Shown piece by piece: positions 13,600 through 26,289 of a DNA stretch of 64,000 bases; positions within the stretch are counted from its first letter, which is position 1, and every line of letters begins with the position of its first letter. The DNA lies in assembly GCA_028023455.1 (NCBI GenBank), contig JAQFVV010000002.1, positions 4,712,001-4,776,000 on the forward strand, read 5' to 3'. This DNA is from Epiperipatus broadwayi. Lineage: Eukaryota; Animalia; Onychophora. The translations under genes were made by a program, and so were the position numbers. The notes under the pieces are model-generated. The model ran no database searches, was not told the origin of the DNA, and saw nothing but the letters and a program-made list of their open reading frames with translations.

Positions 13600-13697
13600 T
13601 TTTTTTTCTCATGTGTCATACCATCAGCTGGGAAAGGAACCCGGGACAACTGCTTGTAAAGCAGCCATTGCTGACCTCTCGACCACCAATGCTTGAC
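13600..13697 (-). mobile_element. tRNA-Gly-related SINE with 14-bp TSD (1 mismatch)
   Basis: TSD AATAA(G/T)ATGTATTG at 13586-13599 and 13698-13711. The 5' GTCAAGCATTGGTGGTCGAGAGGTCA and 3' TATGACACATG-A-rich ends match the other copies. Confidence 0.85.
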
Positions 13698-14860
13698 AAT
13701 AATATGTATTGCTGTATATGAATAAACAAAATTACTGAAGAAGATGAAGGAAGAAGTATTTATAGAATTATATAGAATATAGAAAAGAGATTGCATTAAA
13801 ATTACCAAAAAATTGATTTTGGGACTTTTATTTTTGTATTGATAGAAATAATAATGTCATTGACAATAATAGTATTAATTTTATGAACTTTAGTGATTTG
13901 TTGATATTACATTTATGCACAATAACATGGATTGACTATTTCAAAATATTGTTTTAAAAAATATGAATTCTTGTAAAATACAGGCATCATCTGGATTATA
14001 AGCATAATTTGAACTGTATACAAAGTTAAAAGTATAGAGGCACATATAGGTCTAGGTGTTGACAGTTTACAGAGTAGTATGCTTCAAGATTAAAGAAATG
14101 GTTCCATTAAAAGTTGATCCTATTTTTAACATGATAGAAAATTTGATATTCATTTGTTAGAAACAAATGCTAATTATTCTAAATTTTGACAATAATTAAA
14201 CACTCATTTTAGATTTTCTATTTTGTTATGTAGTTGAGACCTGGAATTTTTTAGAGAAATTTATTGCAAATGGAAGTAAGTCTGATTTTTGCTTTACTAA
14301 AATGAAAAATCCTATATGCTTATCTGACAATGGTATTATTATTGACTTGATTAAAAGTTAATATATAACATTTTTTGCTTGTCACAATAACAAGATAAAG
14401 ATACTTAAAAATGATTGGTGAAATAATATTGCAAAAGTTATATCAACATTTACTTACCATGAACTTGATACATCAAATTAAAAATATATGGACATAAAAT
14501 ACTATAATGAAATGAAAAGATAAAAGTTTTTATATAAGAATGCAGATAGAGAAAATGTTTAGACTTTGGTTTCTATGGTAATATAAGCATTCAGATAACT
14601 ATTTAATTATTAATTGACATGATAAAATTCAATTATGCCATTACATTCTTAAAAATGAAAAGATTTAAAATGTAATGATGATGAAATGTTAGCTTCAAAA
14701 CAGTAGAAATAGTTAAGCATATATGGATTATGAATATATAAATAGTAAAGTTTTCTGCCTATAGAACTTTATGTTGGGTATTTTGCTAAAATATCATTAT
14801 TTGTGATAAATTTAAATAAATGAATTTAAGTAATTTTAAATTAGAAGTTAAGCTTATTTT

Positions 14861-14904
14861 ATACCTGTAGGCATTATAAAACATACCTGTAGGCATTATA
14901 AAAC
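14861..14904. repeat. Tandem duplication, 2 x 22 bp
   Basis: ATACCTGTAGGCATTATAAAAC repeated exactly. Confidence 0.95.
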
Positions 14905-17900
14905 TATAATGCCAATATTTTAATGTATAATTTATCATTAACATATTGTAGTTTAAAGATGTAATTATATGCTTAATGTAGTCATTAACACTTAATTAAT
15001 TTTAGTAAATCTTTATTGACTTTTATTAATATCAATTTGCTACAATTTATTTTAAAAATATAGTTATTATTGCTTGCTTAATAATAGTCTAATCTTCTTT
15101 TATAAATAATAATAATTAGCAAATAGCTGTAAATTATTTTTGTATGATGCATGTAATCTGTTTTAATTTAAAGCTAAAGTTTAAAGAGAAAATGATTATA
15201 TTTCAACTTTCTTGTCTGAAAGAAAAAAATAATTTTGTGTAATGTTTTGTTTATATAAAAAAAAAAACGTTCTAAAAAATATTGTACTCAAGTTAATATT
15301 TTAAAAATTAAATATATATATTTAAATAAATATATTATTTAATAGAATATAATATTTTCATTTATTAAATATACTTGTATTTAAATATTAATAATTTGTA
15401 AATGTATGATGTAATGAGATGATGTAATTTATTGTTTTGTCTAAAATTTATAGATAGTCTAATTAAAAAACATTATTTTTAGAATTTTTTATTGGCAGTT
15501 AATTGAGATCAAATTAATGAACTCATTAATTAATACCCTCCATGACAATCATTGATGCCCTCATCATCCACCTGGCATTTTATATAAAAGCCATTAACCA
15601 TGTATATTAGGTCAACTATTACCAAACTCCCACTTGTTATTCTTTGTTTGCTTTAAGTGTAATTTTTTATAATAATTTATTATTTTATAAAGTTATATCA
15701 TGAATGGCTAAAATAATTATCTGCTTAGTCCTCTAGCTTTGGGCCACCAATCACTCTTCAGAATCTTCTCAATATATAGACCATTTGGAAAGCTTCAATG
15801 ACACATAATTATGGGATTCACTCTCACAGTGCTTTGTGACAACAGGAATTTTTTATAAAAGGTATAATTATATTGCTTGAACTTTTTTATTAATCTTCAA
15901 TTGCTTATATGGTCATGTTAAATTTATATCGAATTGAGACTTCTAAAAATGTTGAATACAAGAACTATGCATAATTTTAAACTAACTTTATTCTACTATA
16001 TTCTACAATGAATTATAGATTATATATTTTGCAATGCTGAACTTTATTATTATTTACAAAATATTCTCATTAAACTTAATTTGATGTCATAGTCAAATTA
16101 AAACTTTTGCTAAACTTCTAGATTATTGTGAATGATAAAAGCACCTGTGGAATAGTAACTATGAAAGTATAAATGCTTTTTCCTTAGTTATGAAATTAAT
16201 TATTCAATTGTTATTATTTCTTTATAATTTAAAATGACTTTTATGAAAATTATCATAATGTTATTTTGAAATATATGGCATATTTATTTTAACATTTATA
16301 AAATTTATGGAATGGATTGTGTTTTTCCAGAAATTTATCTTATAAATATATATAATATTGCCTTTTCTGGAAATACAAAATAAATATTTATGCTTTAATA
16401 TACTTTATTGCCTTCAAATATTTGCTACTAATAAAATATAAAATATTGCATAAAATGTATTCTGTGCATTTTACAATCTGCTTATTTTATAATGTGTATT
16501 GCTTTTTAAAGGATTATTGTGTTCCGGATAAAGTATGTATTGCTGTCTAAAACATTGCATTACTTCAATGGAGAATATATTACGCTCTTTATAAACTTCT
16601 CATTGCATGAATCTACAAATTGTTTTTCAAAAGGAAATAATAATATTATCTTTACATTGCTTGAAATAAATATTATGCTTTCTATTTTTTATTGTTTTAC
16701 ATTCTGAATTGCTTCAAAAGAAATTATAGTTTTCTTCATATTGTTTCAACACATAATTTGTTGTTTGCCTTGAATGTTTTTTTTAATTATTGCAGTGTTT
16801 ACTTATTTATATGACTCAGATTTTAATAAATTATTTTGCCAGTATTAGTATTTATATTATCTGGATACTTTAATAGAATCTTCAGTACATCCGAGGAATC
16901 ATTATTTGAACTATAGTGCTGCAAATATGACATTGAAATCAATGATTTCAGAATTTGTGAACTATTAAATGGTAAAAGAGTTATACATATTTAGATGAAA
17001 GTTTTATTTATATTTGTGTTACATTTATGATATTGTTTATTTATTATTTATGTATGATTTATACTATATTGATTAAGAGAGTTGTCAGAATATTATTTTT
17101 TTGAAATACAATCAAAAATAACATATATATCCTGTATGGAATTGTTTAGAATTTGTATAAATAAATGGAGGAATTAATGGAGTAGATCTATATTTTTTCT
17201 TATTAAATTGCTAAGCCACAATTCATATGCCTAGTCATGTTTTGCTTTCATTTTAACATTTTATATTTTTTTCACATCATATGTTTGTTATTGCTATGTG
17301 AGACAATAGAATTAATGCTATTTTCATATATTAGTTGTAGGTCACATATAGTTACTGATACTATATTTTCAGTAAGCTTTTATAGTTTATTCTTAATATA
17401 TTTATTAGGATTAGTGTCAAGGTCCTAATCATTTATGTACTCTTTTGAGTGTTTGTTTTTGAGTCTTTTTCATTACAATGCCTTTTGTATTCCTTGATAT
17501 TTATTTTGAGGAAAAATTTAAAATTATGTATGGTGTTAATCATGCTTTTATTTTGCTCTTGATGCAATAAGAGTAATTTAAAAATGTTGATATTATTGAT
17601 GTGCCTAATCTGTCTATCTAATCAGTTAAAAATCTTAAGAGAATGTTTTATGCTTAAACTTATAATTATTTTTATGTGGTTATGAAATTATACATCTTCA
17701 AAATTCAATCCTTGGTTAAGAGTATTATATTATTTTATTTTAAGATTATAAGATAATCATTTATGTGTCATATGGGTAGAAACAATCCCTTTTTCTACTC
17801 ATGTTATCATGAATGCCATCCCAGATTGTTATATAATTATTTTGATATCAGAGTTTCATGATTAATTTTAAATTAAAATATATTTATTGTATTAAGATAT

Positions 17901-20530
17901 TATCCAAAAATTGGATCATACCTATGATTATTTACTAGAATCACATTCACTGCTTGGATAAGAATCTGAGATGAAGAATATGATTATATTTGTTTATTAT
18001 ATATTTTTTTAGAAAGAACCCTAAGATTTGATTAAGAGAGATTTATTTTGATTAATAATCTTTTTATAGTAACCTAATTTTGTATGGACCTCCTTTGTAA
18101 TATTAATCTAGAAACTATTAGAACTTTTGATTATGAGTCATTTTAGGGAAGCATAAATGCTAGCCACTCTAAAGTTACATTCGTTAATTTATGGATGTTC
18201 AACATCTTGGACATGATATTTTAGTAAGCGAATGCTTGATCATAGTCGATTGTGATTGATACAATATATACACATAATATGAATTCTGGCATAATAAAGA
18301 CTTAAAGATTGAATAAATAATATAGTAAACCATTTTTTTCCTTTAAATTAAAATGCATACAACAAATGCAGATAAATATAATGAACATTAGAATGGCAGA
18401 CATCTGTTTTGTGGAGCTTAATTATTAATTTAGTAAGTCTATTTTATTTACTGGTACAAATGTTATACATATTGATTCTATTTATTATATATTTGTATTT
18501 AAAAGATTTCAAAGTTTAAAATGACTATTCATTGTATATGTAAATTAAACATGTTTGTTTATTAGAAATTTAAAATCATTGCTGGTTTAATTTCATGCTC
18601 CTTGTTTAAATTGGTCTGAATTTTGATTTATTTAACAATTTTGCAACATAGAAGCAAGAAATTACCTTTTGTTTGAGTAGTTAAATTTGGGTTTTATCTG
18701 TGTTTACAAGTTAGTACTTTTGAAAGAAATGTAGTGGTGGGGTATTATAGATATTGTTTTTCATGTATTACCCTAGGTTCCCATACTGTAATAATTTTAT
18801 CTATGAGCTGTAAATGAAGAAATTAAAAACTGATCAATGTAGACATCAAAAAAAAAAAATTGAAATAAACTTAAGTAAATATATGAGAAAGTCTAAGAGC
18901 TAAACATGAAATCATTAAATCTACAAATGTCATTGACTGAAACAGCTAGTATAACATATGGATCATTATAATAACTACTTGAGCAAGACTATTAAAAACA
19001 TTTCAGCTATAAGTAATGCATCAATCATTACATTTTGTGATCTCACTTATCATTTAGTTTTTCATTTGCAATTTTTTCATTTTTATTAGTTTGTTTTAAA
19101 TTCTTTATATATTGTAACCTTTGATTCTATCTGATTATTCTATCTCAGCAACTCGGAACAGTGGGGTGTGAAAACTCAGATACTGATATAAAATTATTAA
19201 CCTTTTATGAATATTCTCCCAGGGATGAAAGTAATAGTTGACTCTAGCTCCACTTAGCCAAGCTGACAATCACTCTCACTATTTCAAATTAATATAAAAA
19301 AATTAACAAATACCATGTGAGATAGTATTTGAATATTGTGACAGGAGAAAGGTTTTTTATGTCCACCCACAGCACCCAATGATATCATAATCCTACCAAG
19401 TATGGTAAACTCTATTTTAGTGCTAATAAAATCATTGTACAAATTGACATATTTGTTATGTGAGTTTGCAGTGTTTAAATCATTATCTCTTTAAATTTGT
19501 CTGAAAATATTCATTCATTAATCCATTATGTAGTAATTATAATTGCATGAAGGTATGATTTGATTTAAGTATTGAAATATTGATATACGATTGGATTTGA
19601 ATGTGATTGGATTTCTGGAATTTATGAGATCCAAAACATTAACACACAGACAACATTTTAATAAATTACAAAACTTTACTAACAGTAGTAATAATACCAA
19701 CATATATTACAGTATTTCCACATCGTTGTAGCTCTCCCTCCTTTTAAATTAAAATAATAAAAAAAAATGTCTCATCATCAATAGAATGGGATTCACAGTT
19801 GCTACTGAAGTATATTCTCAAGTTAACTGGCCAATATACCACTAGTACTATAAGTATGCTAGGGAAATATATCTGAGGTAGTAAAAAACAACTATTAACT
19901 AATTTTATGTTTTAACTGTAATTTTCACAAACTTCAAATCTAAACTACATTTCTTAACATATGGCTAGTGACATTGATTGCAAGAAATCTTTTAACTAAA
20001 AAAACATACTCGTAAACTAAGCATTAGGTAGAATCAAATCATATGCCCTGTAAAATCATTTTAAATATCTCAACACTATACATTGTCTGCCCACCTTCAC
20101 GTTCATACACAAATAGTTTTAAGCATTACATAAAAAAAAATACATTAGCTATCCTATGAATCTCATTTGCACTCGCACACATATTGGCCATAACTGATGT
20201 TCCCAACCAGAGTAATATTTATTTTTCTTACCAGTCCAGTGAAGATATGCTTCGGCTGTCAGCTGGAAATGGATGCACATTGCTTATCACGAAATAATAA
20301 AAGTACTGTGTTATTCCTACTTTAATTAAAATTTAAATCTATGATTATTATTAGCTCTTAAACGAGCTGTACAAAGCAAAGCTAAATGTTATACACCAAT
20401 ACAGCCAGTCGCACTTTAACTCTTATGTGCTACAAGTAGATAACGAGTTCTTAAATCAATCTAATGACCTTATAATCAGTATAAACACTATTTCATACTT
20501 CTCCCCTCAAATTAAACATATATCTGTAAG

Positions 20531-21032
20531 CAATATGTTTAAACTTTGCAGTTAAATGTTATATAAGTGTGATTTCCATTAAAGATGCATAAACACGCAA
20601 AGCTGACTTTTTAAAGTTCTTTATATACCAAAACAATAATACAAGAGCACTAACAGACCCAACTTGTAACTCAGTTTTCACCCAGCATTGCATCTCAGCA
20701 AGGCATGATTGTGAACTGATTGTCCCTATTGTTGTTTGCAGAGAATGTCACGATTTAAAAAAAAAGTCAAAGAGGCTTAATTTATTGCTAGGCACAATCA
20801 CACCATCAACAGAAAAGACACGTGCTATAATATATCCAAGAAATGGAATACATAAACTCATTGGCATAAATTTGTATTACTAGTTTGTTAGTTACAATAT
20901 GTTTATGACTATGAGGGTTGTATTCCTTGAAAGCACTCGATCACACTTGCATTATTATTTTAATATATAAAGAATTTTAAAAAGTCAGCTTTGTGTGTTT
21001 TGGGGTCTTTAGTGCAAATCATACTTATATAC
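20531..21032. mobile_element. Unassigned fold-back insertion with TSD
   Basis: Inverted arms about 20559-20626 and 20965-21031. Direct repeat ATCTGTAAG at 20522-20530 and 21033-21041, extending to 12 of 13 bp. Confidence 0.65.
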
Positions 21033-21299
21033 ATCTGTAAGAAAAAGATCACACAATTCTATATAGTAGCATTGTCAATGACCCAAGAATAAGAGAGCAC
21101 CCTTTCCCTTGGGGCTGGCATATGCTAAGACTTAGTCGCTATGCATATACAGAAGAACAGATTTGCAGAATGCACTACTATGAAATATAAAAATCATCTC
21201 ATGATGTAGCATGATTATGGAGATGAGGAATTCATCTTCTAGTTCGTTATATAAAAAAAAATATTTGTAACAAACTATTTGACGAGCAAACTATGCTTC

Positions 21300-23450
21300 A
21301 TCACCCATATCAAGATAGTGAAAACTTAACCAATCTTGAACATTCTAAGGTCACTTGCCAACTCCCATACATATCAGAGATTAGTTTTTAACTTACATGC
21401 ACAGTTATTGCCTTAATGTATAAACCAATAATTTTTCAAGTCCAAATACGGTTACATGTAAAATAACTTTGTATTGTTAACAATAAAAAAAAAAAATTAT
21501 TAAGAAATGACCATCATTCACATAATAATTTCTACTTCTCTAAACTAGGATAAGGCCATGTCAATATATCAAACATATACATTAAAATAGAAAAAATATA
21601 CTACTTTTGTTATAACTAAAATTTAAAGTAATAACCCATTTCAATAAACACATTTCACACTATACACTTCCGTGCACCTTTCTCAATATCTCTAAGAAAA
21701 AGCAACATATTCATATAATGAAGGAAGGCATATTTTGGGCTACCATGCTAATCTTAAATCTAAACAATCTAAATAGTTACTATCTTTTAACTCATAAGCT
21801 TAAAAACTAGCATCATAATGCATTAACTACATAGATTACAAAGCGAATAATCATTAAATAATAAAAATTATACTTATAGCCTCTGTAACATAGTCCTCCT
21901 GAATTCCATGCTGAGCCTCATAGATACAGTAATCCCACAAATAACTCCATGTGCACCACATTAAATACAATAAGTGAATTCATGGCATTTAAATTAATTT
22001 TATGAAATAATCCACTAGGTTTGATATACTATTCAATTTAGAAAACACACATTTACTAATCTAAAATGTTTTATCTAAGAGACTCACTATCCCATTATAT
22101 TATCATACTTTTTCAAATGAGGTAGTAATTTCCAAATCATCCATTTTATTCCCTTTAGACATTTGCCATTCCTTCAGCTAGGATTTCATTTCTTACTTGC
22201 ATGTAATTTAAACAAGTTTTATCACAATTTAGAAACATAATGATTGAGATTTTTTTTCTTACAATTTCTCCTTTTGATATAATCTTCTAAATTTCAGTTA
22301 CATCCTCCATACTTTTTTTAATGATAACTTTTGTTTCATATAGTACTAGTAATAGAAATAATATTCTAGGTGGCATTTATCATGTACACTTTTCTTGAAT
22401 AAGTTTTTCTTTTCTTTTTTTTTATGACACCAACAATCCTATTTATCAAACATCATAATTAATTGAGTGAAGGAAATGCTAATACAATTTATGATTTCCA
22501 TATTTTATTTAAAATAACTTTTAGACTTCTATTTCTGATCACTATAATGATGCTGGTCTTTTGAGAATCACGATGATGATTAATTTTGGGATGAAAAAAC
22601 ACATACATGATATAAAAAGTTTAAGCACGCATTATATTTTAATAATAATATACCATTTGATTCAATATTTTGGATCAGAGTTGGAGCCAGTACAAATGAT
22701 AATAATTCTATATTATTTAGATTGGAGATTGTAGACGCTTATAGAGGCACACCTAAGAGAAAATGAAAAAAAAAGCCACCTCCTACAAAATGTCTGAGTT
22801 TTATCATCTTGACCTATCCATCAATTTCCGATTCCTGCCTTCTGTCAATTAAACCTTTATATCCTAATTTTAATTGGCTATTCCCTATTATTTTCAAATC
22901 AAGTGTCTAAATTCAGACAAACATCATGTGGCTTTTATGGGATGTTTTCCCGCTCAGAACAAAAACCACTTGAGAGAGCCAATAAAAATTTTTTTTTAAT
23001 AATGATAAAAAAAATATGTAGCAGACTAACTTCGAATTCAAGATTTTGAATGAGAACCTTCTGCTATAGATTCAAAATTTAGATAAAATTATTGCTCTCT
23101 CAACAGACTTTTGAATGATACCTCACACATCTTATTAAGATATTATTTTTATAATCAAAACTTTCCATATATTCACAATGTGCACCCTCACACACATGTG
23201 ATTCTACTTGATCAATTTCAACTTTTTGCTTAATCTTAATCTAACATAAACATTTCTTTCTATTGATATTTTACAGATAATCCTTACTTTCCAAACAGAT
23301 CCATTTTTCCCCCCAATTATTATTTTTCTTTACTAATCAATGATTCTATCAATCCTTAAAATATGTATCCCTTCCCTTATGTATTCTACTCATTAACAAC
23401 TACCCCTTAAATATTTTCCATAAATAATTACATATTTATTTTGACTGCTT
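21300..23450 (-). pseudogene. Highly decayed LINE-like (APE/RT) remnant
   Basis: Scattered minus-strand peptide echoes in the expected order: IIIGGK (GGDFN-like), VCFLN (FxDL-like), HGIQEDYV (GxRQG-like), MYGSW (LYGxExW-like). Many stops; boundaries approximate. Confidence 0.3.
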
Positions 23451-25656
23451 AAGACACTTTATATTCCTTTTACCTTTATATTAACGAATAAGCTACTTTC
23501 ATTTCGAGCATCCATGAATGTGATCATATTACATATTAAATAATTGTTAAAGTTTATCCAAACTTTAATGCTTACTTAAAATTACTATTATCTAAACACT
23601 TTTTATCAGGAATTTAAAGTGTTACATGAGGAAATTTTTTTAGCTAAACTACTAATAGCAATATAAGTTTCAAACTTAGGAAACTTTGGTGAAAACCAAC
23701 AGTTATAATATATATTCATAATATTATTTCCAGGAATTTTCATGTAATACAGATATAATAGCTAAATAACTAATGTTTCACTACAATAAAAAGTACTTTC
23801 CTCAGTGCTGCTTTTTTCTCAGATCATAAAAATAAAATAAAGTAAAAAAAAAAACTTTTGCTAATGTTGAGTAAGCAAAAGAAAATCAAGGCCAATGAAG
23901 CAATCATTTACGACAATGTGAGCAATTGTTTGAGAATTTTTTTATATCTCCTAAAGATTTTATTTCTAACAAATTATGGCTCACCACATTTAGGATAATA
24001 ATTAGATTTCATAGAGTAAATCATAATGAATTTGCTAATGTGATAGACTTTTGCTGATTGGTTTTCTTAAGGAAATTACAAAAAAAAAGTTTTTATGCAA
24101 GAAAATGAAAGTTCTGAGCTCAATGATCTATGATTTTTTTTATTAGAATAAGCAGTATGTAAGTTTTTATTTTATGCTTTTAAATGTTGAATTTTTATTT
24201 TCATTAAAATGAAACCGTATAGTATGAATATCAATTAATTTTGTATGAATTTTTATGTTTATAATATTACATTTGTATTATTTCTTTAGTTGAATTGTGT
24301 TTATTAATAGTAATTTTGAACTAAGACTGGATTCAGAAAGAGATTTTACTTAAATATATGCATTTTGATGTAAGATACAATAAATGGTTAATATAACAAA
24401 AGACTTTAGAACCAAATATTTTGTTATACCAGATGTTACTCTTTCTATATATATTTTTTAAAACATGATTATTTCAGAATCATAAATATACATCCCCCCC
24501 TCCTGATATTGTAACAAAAATTATATAATCTTTATAAAATAGCTGCTGTATATATATATTATAATGATCAGAAAAAGTGTGCAGATATGGCTAACATTAA
24601 TCACGAGAGGGTGTTACTACATTTACAATCTAGAGTTTCTTATCTTTTTTTGTACCTGATAAATTCTATTGTTTATTAAAATTAATCTTCATCAGATGTT
24701 TAGCCTAGTTATATATATATAATTTGAGTTTCCTGGTGAAGATATCCAACTACAAACTCAAGGATTCCCAATCACTGCCAATATTTTTATAGGACTCTTA
24801 AATCTGGGAGAACCTCAATACTCCTTTAAATATTCTATTGACTATTGGATAAAATTTTATCTTTGATCTAGCAATAGTTAATAAACAAACTCTAGTCTAA
24901 AATAAATTAATAATAAATATTTATTAAAATTTATTATTCTCATAACATTCAGCCTAAATATTTTTGTGGTTAAACAAATAATTTTTTGTTATTGGAAATT
25001 TATGAATGAGACAAAGCACTACACACACATATATATATCAATGGGTAATAACTCTTAACTTTATGTATGCATATGGATATAATGTTCCTATATTTCTTTC
25101 TGTATATCATAATCTTCCAGTTATATATTGAACTGTTTTTATATAACTCTTGGCTATAATCATTTAAATAAGGTAGATGTGTATAAATAAAGTTTCAGAA
25201 TTTAGGATTATCACAGATGAACATAACATGATTCTAATCCAGTAATCTTATGATATTCAATATCTTTATAATGATCATTCTGATATGCACTCAAGCACAG
25301 TGCTGGCAGATTATTGTTGTATGAATAAATAACTAAATATATTTGTAATTCAATTTTATGAAATACTTCAAAATTTATATAACAAATAAAATGCTCAAAT
25401 AATTAAGATCTATACCAAACTTCTACTTTAAGTGTAAAGATAAATACATAAATCATTACTATTCTATATATGCTTTAATAATAATAATATAAATATCATT
25501 AAAAACCAGTCAACACTAGACATATAGGTGGAATCTCTCATATATATATATTGTAACCAAAGAAAGTGGTGCAATGAAGAAATATATATAGCATAATTGT
25601 AACCTATAGCAATCAAAACAATACTAACATAAATTATCAAGGCAGACTAAATGTGT

Positions 25657-25697
25657 CAGGTGTCCAAGACATCTACCGCGGTGATCGACTGGTCGAT
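25657..25697. mobile_element. Possible hAT/MITE terminal fragment
   Basis: Isolated CpG-rich CAGGTGTCC...CCGCGGTGATCGACTGGTCGAT resembles motifs I associate with hAT-type MITE ends. No partner end was found. Confidence 0.3.
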
Positions 25698-26289
25698 TAC
25701 ATAATTTTTTTTTTTTTGTAAAATTTGTATCTAATTTATTTTAATATAATTCTAAAGCAATAATTTTCTTTTTTTTTCTTGAATTTTTTTAAAAATTCAG
25801 GACCAACTTTAGAAAATAATTATTTATAGGTAATTTAAAATTATAACTTAATAATTATTTTATAAAGCAATATAGATAAATTATAATATTTAAGGGAGCT
25901 GAGTTAATTTAATTTTTTGTCTGATGAATTTTTTTATTGGCCATATTGAGTAAAAATTTGAGTGATTTGATTAATTAAAATATTAATCTAGCCAATTTTC
26001 TTTGCTATTAAATCTCTAAGCAAGTGATGTTAAATGTCATACTACAGTTGTAAATGATATAACTAATTATAATAACAAAATACAAGAACTTCTGACATCA
26101 GGCCAATAAAAATGTGGGCAAAAAATCCAATTCCATGAGCAGAAGTAAAGTTATTACTCTGGAAGCATCGCAGATATTTCATTGATTCAGAAAAAAAAAT
26201 TATCATCATATTGCAGCAAAGTCAATAAAGACAATGTTCTTTTAAGACCTATTGCTATTCTAGAAATTGACCATGTCATTTCTTGTCAA

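Noticed and set aside
16887-16975. Exon-like segment between AG and GTAAAA
   Set aside because: All three frames contain stops and there are no partner exons.
24665-24698. HHR-like CTGATGA-A-GATTA..TTAAT-AAAAC on the minus strand
   Set aside because: No GAAA, no NUH triplet with a pairing stem I, and no second copy in the window.
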